A DNA stretch of 64,000 nt, taken from the NCBI GenBank assembly GCA_010093605.1, contig MU004202.1, positions 197,560-261,559 of the forward strand, in the 5' to 3' direction. Both the position numbers and the translations under genes were made by a program. Source of the stretch: Lophium mytilinum (Eukaryota). Below the pieces are notes generated by a model. It made no database searches. It was not told the DNA's origin and saw only the letters and a program-made list of their open reading frames with translations. Positions 12,700-23,745 of this stretch are shown piece after piece (within the stretch, counting starts at the first letter, position 1; each line of letters starts with the position of its first letter).

Positions 12700-12724
12700 T
12701 GACTCTTCTGCAAGGCGGGAGTCA
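12700..12724. promoter_or_regulatory. Two CpcA/Cpc-1/Gcn4-type elements (TGACTC at 12700-12705, GAGTCA at 12719-12724) upstream of ARG7
   Basis: Core motif in both orientations 70-100 bp before the ATG of an amino-acid biosynthesis gene. Confidence 0.6.
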
Positions 12725-12796
12725 CAAGAGCTTCGACATGATCTCTTAAATCTACCAAGACGTCCGGATATACGAAAAGCTATAGCTAATTAAGTC

Positions 12797-14268
12797 ATGT
12801 ACAGCTTCAAAATGGCTCTCAATCCTCAGAAAACCTCGAGGTTCCTCGCTCCCTTCGCCCAACAGATCCGCCGATATTCCGCGCCTGGTGAAGGGACAAT
12901 TCCTCCCTCCAAGAAGAAATACGTACCCACTAGCGGAAACTACCCCCTTGGATTTCTTGTTAGCAGTACACACGTTGGCGTCAAAGCCTCGAATACTAGA
13001 TTCGACGACTTGGCCCTCGTAGCTTCCGAAACACCATGTTCGGGCGCCGCGGTTTTCACGAAGAACAAGTTTCAGGCGGCTCCGGTGACTGTCACGAGGG
13101 ATATGCTGAAGCGGAGGGGAGGAAAGGGAATTCGAGCTGTAGTCGTAAACTCGGGATGCGCCAATGCCGTCACAGGACGTGGCGGGATTGAGGATGCGGT
13201 GAAGATGGGGGAAGAGACGGACAAGTGGTTTGATGGAGAGAAAGACGATGGGTTAGGGAGTCGGAGCGTAGTGATGAGTACCGGTGTAATTGGGCAACGG
13301 TAAGTCCTCATATGCCAGTATATATCCTGGACATCATATGGCCTAGTCATCTCAAGCAATGCTAACGGTGGCTTAGACTACCAATTCAAAAGATCCTCTC
13401 CAAGATACCAACAGCACATAGCACACTTGGCTCCGACCATGATCACTGGCTTGCCACAGCTCGTGCCATCTGCACCACCGACACATTTCCTAAGCTCCTC
13501 TCCCGATCATTTACTCTCCCTTCCTCACCGAACACTACATACCGCATCGCGGGCATGACCAAAGGCGCAGGCATGATACACCCCAACATGGCTACGCTTC
13601 TGGGAATCATCTGCACTGATGCACCCATATCGCCCGACCCTCTCCAATCTCTCCTAACAGCCGCAATTGATAAATCTTTCAACAGCATATCAATCGACGG
13701 CGACACATCCACCAACGACACCGTTGCATTTCTCGCAAACGGCGCTGCTGGAGGCAAGGCCATCTCAGACACCTCGAGCCCAGACTACGCCGCGATGCAA
13801 GAGACTCTCACATCTTTCGCCACGGATCTAGCAAAGTTAGTAGTTAGGGACGGCGAAGGCGCGACCAAATTCGTCACCATCAGAGTGACGAACGCCGCTT
13901 CTTACACTGACGCTAAGCGTGTTGCATCTACTATTGCTAGATCACCCCTCGTCAAAACTGCTCTATACGGCAAAGATGCAAATTGGGGTCGCATCCTGTG
14001 TGCAACTGGCTATGCGGAGGGCGTCGACTCAGTGGTCCCGGACCAGACGAGTGTGAGCTTCGTGCCAACAGACGGCTCGCCAGAGCTGAAACTGCTCGTA
14101 CGAGGAGAGCCAGAAGCTGTGGATGAAGCCCGAGCAGCGCAGATCCTCGAGGCCGAGGACTTGGAGATCTTGGTCAGGCTCTCCGAGAAGAAGGGAGAGG
14201 AAGCGGTGTACTGGACTTGTGACTTTAGTCATGAGTATGTGACTATTAATGGGGATTACCGGACTTGA
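12797..14268 (+). CDS. ARG7: Mitochondrial ornithine acetyltransferase / bifunctional ArgJ; intron 13300-13376
   Basis: Motifs [86 protein letters not shown], terminal [11 protein letters not shown]. Confidence 0.97.
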
Positions 14269-14811
14269 ACGATATGGTTAACGAATGGAACGAAATGGAA
14301 ATTATATACATATGTGTCTTTGGACGTTATGTGCCTGGTTTTCAAAGGTCCCGCGACCGTCAACTGCTATAGAGTCCTTCCCTGTGGTGAGGTTCCTAAT
14401 GTACGCACATAACACACGAAACCAATGAAGGAACTTTTGATAAATCCACCTACTCACTCTTCAGATCCTTCAACGTCCTAATATCGGCGCATCTAAATTA
14501 TGTCGAAGACCTGACAAAAGCATGTGGAAACTTGGGCAATTGGACGTGTATATAACAAAACAAACATCATACCTGTTCCAAAACGTTTCTAACACGTAGA
14601 TAGTGCGCCAGAAGTACTCCCGCCTCTTGAGCCTGACTTCACAAATTTGGCTAGCCATCACGTGCTCTCTATAATAATAAGTGGACCCTTCCCCAGACTT
14701 TTGACGCCGCCGTCCCTGTCGATCTCTTGACCCTTTTCCGCCTCAACTCACCCCAGCCAATATGCATTCCACCCATCCCTCTCCCATTTTCCCCTCCCAC
14801 CGCGTCCGACC

Positions 14812-16567
14812 ATGTCCTACGCGCCCCTCCGCGACTCGCTCGACGACGAACCGCGCACCACAGCCGAGATCTTCGACCACCGCTCCCAGTACCTAGACAG
14901 CGACGAGCAGCGCCCTCTGCAACCCTCCTACGCCCACTCCCTCCCACACGCGAAAGCCAACGGGCGTGCCCCCTACTACTTCCGCGGCGATGCCCTCCAC
15001 GCCGCCATCTCCGTCGCCGCTGGCACGGTGATGTGCCTCTTCGGCTACGAGCAAGGCGTATTCGGTGGCATAATGGTCGGCCGGCCCTTCCTCTCCTACT
15101 TCCACGAGCCCTCGCCAGGCCTGCTCGGCTTCGTGACGTCCGTGTACGACCTCGGGTGCTTCGGCGGCGCGGTCGTGTCGTCGTTTATCGGCGAGAGGCT
15201 CGGGCGGCGGTGGATGCTGCTCATCTTCACAGTCATCATGACCGCGGGGATCGTGGTGCAGACGTTTGCGCAGAGCATGCAATGGCTGATCTGGGGCCGG
15301 CTGATTGCGGGGATCGGGAATGGGGGCAATACGGCGACGGCGCCGGTGTGGCATGTAGAGTGCAGCAAGGCGGAAGAGAAAGGGAGGGCGGTGGTGAAGG
15401 AGATGACGGTTAATGTCGGGGGGTTCGTGATGTCGAATGTGATTACGCTGGGTTTTAGCAGGATGAGCACGGAGGCGCAGTGGAGGTTTCCATTGGGGAT
15501 TCAGCTGCTCTTCTCTGTGGTTATTCTGAGTATGGTGTGGGTACTGCCGGAGTCGCCGCGGTGGTTATTGTTGCGGCATAAGGATAAGGAGGCGACGAAT
15601 GTACTGGCGGCACTAAGTGAGAGTGCGGAAGAGGTGCACGAGGAGTTTCATAAGATTAAAGAGAGTGTGAGGATTGAGCAGGCGACGAAGGCGAGTTGGA
15701 AGCAGGTGTTTAGTGGTGGGGTCGCTACGAGGCGAGTATCATTGGGAGTGCTTCTGCAGATGGTACGTACTTTCCCCCTCACTTCTGACTTCACGGTATA
15801 TTGACAATATCTAGGCTCAGCAGCTCAGCGGTATCAACGTGCTTTGCTACTACTTGCCACTCGTGCTGCACCGCTCCGTCGGCCTCCCAGAATTGACCTC
15901 CCGCATCATCTCCACCATCAATGCCATATGCTACATGTTCGCGACTTGGTCCTCCCTTTTTGTTATCGAGCGCGTCGGCCGTCGCCCACTCCTCATGAGC
16001 TCTGCCGCGTGCATGGCCCTCGCCTTCCTTGGTATCGCCGTCTCCGTCGGCATTGGGCAAGCAAACCCAACCAGCCGCCTGGTTCCCGGCATCATTGCTA
16101 CGATCTTCATGTTTTTGTATTTCACAGCCTTCTCCTTTGGCTGGATCACCGTCCCCTGGCTGTATCCCGCTGAGATCAACTCTCTCAGCATGCGCTCGAA
16201 AGGCGCGGCGCTTGCCACAGCTTCAGATTGGCTGTTCAACTATGTCGTTGTGCAAACGACGCCGATAGGCATACACCATCTGGGATGGTACTTGTATCTC
16301 ATATACGCGGTGCTGAACTTGTCGTTCGTGCCGTTTGTGTACTACTTTATCGTCGAAACTGCTGGACGGAGTTTGGAGCAGATAGATCTGTGGTTCAAGA
16401 ACAACCCAGGCTGGCGGGTCGATAAGGCGAATCACTCGCCAGGATTCGAGAGTGACGATAGTAGGCCTTCTACGATTCGAGGAGACGATGACCGCGAAGA
16501 GATGTTGAAGGATTTCGATATTGGCGATGATGAGGATGACGATGATACCACGTTTAGAACCCTGTGA
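14812..16567 (+). CDS. MFS sugar porter family transporter; intron 15763-15814
   Basis: FGYEQGVFGG, ERLGRR, PESPRWL, QQLSGIN (formed across the splice), IERVGRRPL, WLYPAEI, VETAGRSLEQID. Confidence 0.93.
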
Positions 16568-16800
16568 GGCGGGTGTTTACTTTGTTTAGTCTAGGACTAC
16601 GTTTCTGAGGGCCTCGTTGTAGAGTGGCCATGTGCATTGAGAATTGAAAAATGACTCCCACCACAATTCGTTCAGCAAAGTGCCCTTTTCATGCAATCAG
16701 CATGAAATAGTTTTGTGCCTCATTTGAGCTACAGGGCCTTGTCAAAATTACTGTAGTATGACTAGATCGTATGCTCTTGTATCCCAGTCAGAGGCCTTCA

Positions 16801-16947
16801 GGCAGGATAAAAGTGGCACACTCAAGCAGTTCAACACCGTCTGAGGTGGCCCGGAGAGCTACCTATGAGGCTTGCCAAAGCTCCTATTTTATGAATAGCA
16901 AGAGCGTGTTGGAGGACCTCGAGCGGTGCTAAACAAGTGTACACAAG
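16801..16947 (+). mobile_element. Partial copy (one arm) of the MITE-like repeat family, abutting the 3' end of a HET gene
   Basis: GGCAGGATAAAAGTGGCAC..CAGTTCAACACCGTCTGAGGTGGCCCGGAGAGCT..GGAGGACCTCGAGCGGTGCTAAACAAG aligns with the copies at 19.5-19.9, 22.6-23.4 and 28.0-28.4 kb. Confidence 0.7.
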
Positions 16948-16962
16948 GACGGATGCCTCTGT

Positions 16963-19023
16963 TTAGTTCAGGATTATGTGTTCGTAGGTCTCGTCGTGTA
17001 GTGGCCATAGGGGTTTAGGCATCCATCCCAACCCTATTCGCTCAGCATACTCGGGCCTTTCCAGCCTCGCAGCGGGGCTGGAAAGGCCCGAGTAATTCGC
17101 TTGCCAAGCGATTAGCATGAAAAAATACTCCTCCAGACATTCAGATATCAAGATAGCGTCGCAGCGCTCTGCCGTTAAGAGGTAAGGATGTATCATGCCA
17201 GACAATCTGATCCTTCCTTCCCCGTAGTCTAGGGAACTGGATGGAATAGTCCGTGCCATAAAATGAAGCATTCCACGTACGAATTCCCAGTCCTGCTTGG
17301 TGTACGCTACCTTGATAATCATGGGCTTTAAGAAGGGCGGATGAAAGCCAGCATACAAGTTTTGCATCAAACTCTTGATCACGTCATCCGTCAATATGTA
17401 GCCGAGGTCGTGACGCATCAATAAGGACGATTTAACCAATATATCCCTTCCGAAAGCGATTTCATATGTGGCAGGTCCGATCCATCCGGCCCAGGTCCAG
17501 GACGGGAAGATGGGGGGCTGTCTACGAACCAGGTCCTGTCCAGAATCTTCCGGCGTCCAGAGTAGATGGGCATGGATGTATGCCTCTGGAATTCCGGAAA
17601 GCACAGTCCCAACAAGTCCTGATTTCTCTAACGCGCGTTGTATCAACGCAATTATTCCAGAAAACGCATCTAACATGTCTTCCGGATAGGATAATTGGGT
17701 TTTCGTGTATGCTTCGACTGTTGCGCAATATCCGTCATGAAAATTGCGCTGTATATATTCCGAGTCGGCTGTTTCGAGCAACAACAGAGGCAGAAACGGG
17801 TTTTCTATGCGATCGCGATCTTGTCGACGTTTCACGTCCTCTCCAAGACCACCCAAGCCATCCCCGTCGGAAGCGGAAGCACAGCAAAAGAAAACCTGTT
17901 CTGGGAAGAAGTACAAACACCGTCGGGATAGGAGACGTTCTTGAAAAGTCCACGCTCGGGTTCGGAGATGAGATTGTGCGAACTCCTCCCTGAAAGTTGG
18001 AAGGGATCGCAGGAAACCGAAAGGTACACCACCAAGGGTAATTGCAGGGCGTGTTGGGATATCGCGAGACCCTTGGCGCACTCCTGGAAGACCATGATTG
18101 GCGTCTTGTCCGCATGCTGCGACAATGGTCAGGTGGGCCTGACTGTAAACAATGTCCATTTCTCTGATTTGTCTGTGTTTCTCATTTGCGTCGTCTTGGA
18201 CAATACTTAGACAATCTACCCATAGGAACTGAAAGCCCAAGTCTCTTGTGAACTTGATGGCGTCGCGTATAGTCATAGCGATGCTGGGATCATGGTCAGA
18301 GACAGCGCCCGGTTCCTGAAGCTCAGCTAAGTTGTCCTTCTTAGTACGAAGAGTGCGCGTTTGACCCCAAACGTAACTGAGTGCTACGTATTGATCAGAC
18401 GAATCATTGTTCACCAGTCGTTCTTGGAGAACATCAACAAAGATAAGGTCGATGGAAGATCTGTGTCTCTCGGGCCCAACTTTAGAATGGCAAAGCTCCC
18501 CGTCGCGCTTTTCACATTGCCATAGCCATGATTTGACACGCCCGATTGACAATGGCCGGCCTCGAAGACAGGGAGTGGCAGCGGGTTGAACAAGGTGCTT
18601 TGACTCAGAAACAGCAAGGTCTTTGACGGGAGTAGTAAGAGATAGCCTGAGCTCTAATGGACGTAGTCGAAATTCTCCTCGATGCGCCTCCCATTTGCGA
18701 TCATTGCCTTTGTTGCACGGTTTGATAGCGAAGAACGGGCCTAGCCAGTCTTGGCCGGCATGAATAGTGAAATCTGTATGTAAGATACCGATAAAAGAGC
18801 GGGGGAAACCGCGGCTGTATCGCAGACTGGTTTCACGGTCAAAATGGCGTTTCCCACTATTCCAGTATGTCTCCCATAACACATCTCGGAATAGCTCATG
18901 TAGCATACAGTCCCCAGATGGACCGCGTACAGTGGCTCGAGGCTCTAAATCGACGTCATCTCCTCTCCGTGAGGATTCCGTCCTGAGGCGGCAATATAGG
19001 CATAGACGCTGCTTTTCATTTGA
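16963..19023 (-). CDS. HET-domain protein; frame continues upstream of the ATG at 18906 (..QRLCLYCR..) to a CTGAC..CAG acceptor near 19024, so a further 5' exon is likely
   Basis: YVALSYVWG, FLWVDCLSIVQDD..KHRQIREMDIVYSQA, TRAWTFQERLLSRRCL, FPSWTWAGW. Confidence 0.88.
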   Translation of the reverse strand, partial: SNEKQRLCLYCRLRTESSRRGDDVDLEPRATVRGPSGDCMLHELFRDVLWETYWNSGKRHFDRETSLRYSRGFPRSFIGILHTDFTIHAGQDWLGPFFAIKPCNKGNDRKWEAHRGEFRLRPLELRLSLTTPVKDLAVSESKHLVQPAATPCLRGRPLSIGRVKSWLWQCEKRDGELCHSKVGPERHRSSIDLIFVDVLQERLVNNDSSDQYVALSYVWGQTRTLRTKKDNLAELQEPGAVSDHDPSIAMTIRDAIKFTRDLGFQFLWVDCLSIVQDDANEKHRQIREMDIVYSQAHLTIVAACGQDANHGLPGVRQGSRDIPTRPAITLGGVPFGFLRSLPTFREEFAQSHLRTRAWTFQERLLSRRCLYFFPEQVFFCCASASDGDGLGGLGEDVKRRQDRDRIENPFLPLLLLETADSEYIQRNFHDGYCATVEAYTKTQLSYPEDMLDAFSGIIALIQRALEKSGLVGTVLSGIPEAYIHAHLLWTPEDSGQDLVRRQPPIFPSWTWAGWIGPATYEIAFGRDILVKSSLLMRHDLGYILTDDVIKSLMQNLYAGFHPPFLKPMIIKVAYTKQDWEFVRGMLHFMARTIPSSSLDYGEGRIRLSGMIHPYLLTAERCDAILISECLEEYFFMLIAWQANYSGLSSPAARLERPEYAERIGLGWMPKPLWPLHDETYEHIILN

Positions 19024-19535
19024 CTGCGAGGTTATGTCAGTCCAAGACTTGAGCTACCAATGCCGAGAGAAGTCACTCTTTTAGGATGAAGAATCGGAGT
19101 GCTAACCATGATAGCTTGAAACCAGGTTCGTTCCACAAAAAGACTGAAATTCCGGAGCGATGGATGCTAGAGAAGATGATGTTTTTGATAGTTGGAAACG
19201 ACCAGGCAGCCGTAGCAAGGCTAGAACATGGTGGCGCAGCCCGGCCAGCACATGCAGATTTAGCTTCATTCAGCTCTTTGCATTTGCCAAGAGGTTTTCT
19301 ACGAATAATAAGTCAAGCGCCGCGTCGTGTGAAAGGGTATTTGATCTCATAGGCCCGAGGGTCCCTTCGAGGCGTCGCTCATCCAACTCAGCTGTTCTCA
19401 CTCCCCACCCTTACCCGCATTGTATCCGTGGAGATAGTGTCGACAGCAGAGCGAGTGTATGATGAGTTCATATGGTTTTTTATGCCGCCTTTATTCGCTC
19501 TCTTCCCTTATGCCCTCACATAGCCCCAAAGCGCG

Positions 19536-19926
19536 CACGCTAAGCATAAAACAGCTGACACACTTAGCAGGTATTATGCCGTATTTACACCGGTCTGCCG
19601 CTGCTTATAGTGCTTCAACGCCTTTCCAGAAATGTAATAGAGATAAAACCTCTTAGCTCTAGGATATGCGGAAACTGGTTGAAGCACTCCAAGCAGTAGC
19701 AGACCAATGCACCTACCTATGCAATGCTTAAAAATTGGTAGTCCACGAATACGCGAGGTATGCCCACTACTTCTGTATTTGTGTACGCTTGTGTAGCACC
19801 GCTTGAAGTCCTCCAGTACGCTATTTTCATTTGTAAAATACCAGCATTGGCAAGCTTGGTAGCTCCCTAGGCCACCTTAGACGGTGTTGAACTGCTGGAG
19901 CGTGCCACTTGTTTCGAGCCCTTTTG
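19536..19926 (-). mobile_element. Near full-length MITE-like element (about 390 bp), right boundary approximate
   Basis: Starts CACGCTAAGCATAAAACAGCTGACAC and ends ..GTGCCACTTGTTTCGAGCC; colinear with 27990-28400 along its length. Confidence 0.7.
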
Positions 19927-20701
19927 CCGTGCTACAACAAGCTTGTGGACTAGATACAGAACACTGGGGTCGTTCAGACTCAGGTGCGCGCAGAGAGGCT
20001 CGCTGGATGCGCTCAGTGCATTCTTGAGTGCAGACGTGGGGATTACGACGCCTCGGGGTGCGCTGATGATGGAGATCCAGGACTTGATTTGGATGTTATC
20101 GCCCCGGCGAAAAACCTTTGGATGCCAGTGCTTTGGCCAGTGTGCGATGCGGTGGCTGGCATGTTGGCACTGTAGTGGACCGGTGCGGACTTCGATTTCG
20201 GAGAATGTGAGGGTATGGTGTGTGCACACCCTGACCGCTTGAATGCACCTGCACAGCGGCGCTCGAGGGGGGAAGGCGACCTCTGCAATGGGGAAAAGAG
20301 TCTCTCTGTGTGTCGAGTTTTACACGGGCTGCACCAGATGCGCATGCCGCGCCTGACCGACTGCTCGGGACCCTTTCTCTTAGTTGTTGCGGCAAGTTGG
20401 TGGTCTCCTAGCGATGAAGCGTCGGGAGACTGCTTCTGAGCATCCTGATCGATTGTTGGGCCGAGAGGGTGATTTCCAGAAGCAAAGTTTCTGGATCGAA
20501 TTCTTTCAGAGGGAAGAATCCAGGTGGCGGCGCGAAAACATGCTGAGACGTCTGGTGAAGCACGAAGTTGGAGACTGTAGATAAATAAACACCAATAATA
20601 AGTAGGATTTCGTCGGGTAGTCGATATATGGCGGCCTCGGTGGCATTATGAATAGCGGCGGCATGTTGTTTGCTGTAAGTTGCCATTTTCGCTGCACACA
20701 A
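19867..20701 (-). pseudogene. Frameshifted fungal F-box protein gene
   Basis: F-box-like IYRLPDEILLIIGVYLS..FVLHQTS (ORF 20408..20701), then WCSPCKTRH..FSPLQR..RRCAG (20043..20345) and CTHHTLTF (19867..20229) in successive different frames; 3' end runs into the repeat. Confidence 0.6.
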
Positions 20702-21871
20702 CGGAAGTGGTTCGATATTCTCGAGTCCTGCTGGCTGCTGTCTTCTTCCGGCCTGATTCTGCAGAAAGAGTCGAGGTTTGTTCTTTTCGAGACTTATAGG
20801 TTGCAGAGCGCTTCTGGGCTTATGAAACGAGCAAGAAGCAGATGGGATATCTCTGGGATATGTATCAGGAAATTGAATATTCTTTCCTTGACAGCGGCAG
20901 TTCCTTGGTCAGCAAAATTCAGCATCGAAGGAGCTTCGTATCGGCAGAATTTGCGAAGCTCGACGCCGAGAAAAAGTGAAACCTGTTCGTACCATTTTGC
21001 CCAAAATGGCGATTGCTATGCCGCGGATGCTTACACGTCCGATGGGATCGATAGAAACGTTGCGGCGGGTACATACCCTGTCCTTAGTGTGCGAGAAGCC
21101 AAGTGAAGCAAGTCAGGTCGTATTTTTCTGGTGAGCAAAGAACTGGAGGATGGTTTTCATAAGTGTACGATGGCCCTTGTGTGCCTCGATGAAAAGTCCG
21201 TGAAGAGTTGATTGCGCCACCCTGCATTCGAAGTCTGGTTGTACCATTAGCTTCAGTCCATAATCAGATGACGTTTCGAGACGGAACGAACTAGAACAAC
21301 ATACCAGGGGCAACAAGACATACTTCAGCACATGACTGATGCTAAGTTTGAAGAAAGTGCGGAGCGGGGAAAGATCATGGGGCGGCGGACTGATGGTTCA
21401 AGCTTTTGATCGAACATACGGAAGCAACCACTCCGTCGCGTTCCATGTTTGGTGTGCTTGGAAGCAAGCTTGGCAAGACAAGCTGTCTAGGTACTGATGC
21501 GCGAAACATGGCTTGGTTGAGTGGTCAGCGATTTCGATACAAGCCACAAATCTGAAAACAAAGACTAACTCTAGAAATCGCAACCGAGAAGGGCTGGCTA
21601 AACATGAAAATGGCTGGTTCGCAGCACCTCCAGATGAGGTGCCCTCCGGTTGTATGCCGGATTTAGGAGACTGGAGATGCGTAAAGAAACCAGACAAGCA
21701 TAGGTATTGTCGGAAATAAAGCAGGAGAATGTTCGAGCAGTGAGATAAGTTTGCACCCAGGTTTGTTTGAGTACCGGGACGTAGCCGCAGCAAACGTGGT
21801 CAGAAAGCGGCATTTAGCTGGGCAGAAAGACTGTATTTAACAGGGAAACTTGGTTGTAGTGGGAAATGGTT

Positions 21872-22420
21872 TCAGCAGGAGTTTCGGGCAGCAGGGCTGA
21901 GTTGAGCAGCGAAATCCAGGTCGAGCATCCGAATTTGATTGAGTAGCCCGATGAAATTCAGCAGCGGGAAGAACCTGAGCAGCGAGAGTTCTTTAAGCAG
22001 CGGAATGTAGTTGAATTGACCAACGGGAGTTAGTCGAACAACGGTAATGAGTTGGACAACGAGACTCGGTTGAGCAGCAGGAGGTAGGTACGCAGCAGGA
22101 GTTGATTGAGCAGCTGGGACTTGTTGAGCAGCGAGGATTGTTAGCGGCATAAGGTAGTTGAGCGGCGGGTTTTGGTAGCAGCGGATTTTAGTTGAGCAGC
22201 TGGATGTATTGACACAGCGGAATTTGGTTGAGCAGTAGGTTCCATGTAGTAGCGAGCACTAACTCGAGAATCTGGATGTAATTGAATTGATCAGCAGGAT
22301 GCGCTTGAATTGCGAGACTTGCTGGGGCAGCAGAGTTGAATAGAGCAGCGATGTCCAAAGTAAGCAACGGGATCAATTACGCAGCGGAATCCAATTGTGC
22401 AGCAAAAGAGGTGATTTTCA
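21872..22420 (+). repeat. Degenerate ~18-bp tandem repeat (core GTTGAGCAGC); probable decayed coding repeat (VEQ-R/Q/L-xx)
   Basis: Repeated (G/A)TTGAGCAGC motifs about every 18 bp; the + reading gives IQQREEPEQREF and VEQQEVGTQQELIEQLGLVEQRG, broken by stops and frameshifts. Confidence 0.6.
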
Positions 22421-22620
22421 GACTGGAAGCGGAGCAAGCAAGTACGACTTTGATTGGTTGTTGACAATGGAGACAACAAGTTTTGTTGGTTGAAAACAGC
22501 AGCCCTTAGCCGTGCGACGAAGCTGAAGGGTGGTCGGGTCGAGTAGCAACGAGGTGCAAGAATGGATTTTAGTCGTCAGAGCAGCCGCATTGAGTTGGGG
22601 GCAACGGAATCCCATGGGAG

Positions 22621-22934
22621 CACGCTAGGCAGGAAAAAACTCTCGCTCCCAAGCAGTTCAACACCATCTGAGGTGGCCCGGAGAGCTATAAAGGTTGCCA
22701 GAACTAGTACTTAACAGATAACAATAGTAAACTGAAGGACCCGAAGCGGTGCCAAACAAGGGTAAATGTAATAGTAGTGGTTATACCTTCTTCCAAATTT
22801 ACTGAATGCTAATTCCTATTGCCACTCACACGCTGTTTTGTTTCCAGTCTTCAAAATGCATTGAAGTACTACAAGCAGCGGTAGGCAGGTGTATAGAAGG
22901 CAAGACAGAGTGCCACCTTTTTATGCCTTGCGTG
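22621..22934 (+). mobile_element. MITE-like element, 314 bp, with ~26-bp imperfect TIRs
   Basis: Left end CACGCTAGGCAGGAAAAAAC; right end GTGCCACCTTTTTATGCCTTGCGTG (reverse complement CACGCAAGGCATAAAAAGGTGGCAC); flanks GGGAG / TGGAG. Confidence 0.72.
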
Positions 22935-22941
22935 TGGAGGA

Positions 22942-23405
22942 GCTGGATGTAGCTTAGTAGCGGGGCGTTTTTGTAGGCTAGGCTTGGACATTGCACGCCA
23001 GATAGAAAAGGAATGGCTCTCTAAATGAATCAGTTTAATACCTTTTGAGGTGGCCCGGAGAGCTATAAGGCTTGCCAGAACTAGTACTTAACAGATAGCA
23101 ATAGTATATGAAGGACCCCAAGCGGTGCCAAATAAGGGTATAGAAGTATAGAAGCCGGATGTAGCAGCGGAACGTTTTGTAGCTAGGCTTATATGTGGCA
23201 CGCCAGATATAAAAGGATTGGCTCCCTAAATTAATCAGTTTAACACCTCCTGAGGTGGTCCGGAGAGCTATTAGGCTTGCCAAAGCTGGTATTCCATGAC
23301 TAGCAATAGCACACTGGAGGACCTCAAGCGGTGCTAAGCCTGAGTACACAGAAATAGTGCGTATATATTCCGCGGATTCGTACTCTGCCAATTTGTATCA
23401 AGCAA
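22942..23405 (+). repeat. Two tandem ~205-bp units, each containing the internal arm of the same repeat family
   Basis: GCTAGGCTT..GCACGCCAGATA..AAAGGA.TGGCTC.CTAAAT.AATCAGTTTAA..CC...TGAGGTGG.CCGGAGAGCTAT repeated at about 22975-23065 and 23180-23270. Confidence 0.75.
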
Positions 23406-23745
23406 GACATTGATAGACCGTGTTAGATGAGGACAGACCAGCATTTGAGGCCAACAGTGTCTCGAATTAGAGTACTTCGGCACATAGTCCATGGAAGCTT
23501 GACAATATGATGAGAAAGGCGGTGATTTCAGACAGATAACTACGTTAGACATACGGATGATAGGAAAAGGGAGGTGGGAAGAATAAGCGGTTCTAGTAAT
23601 CACCAGGTCACCCGTGACGTGGATTTACGCTTCCCTGCCACGCCGAGGTGCATCTCAACCCCCCGGCTTTCGCGCGCCTCTTGTTGAATCGACCAGCATT
23701 TCTCCCCCCATGACTTGAGACGAATACACATCACCCACGGCCACC

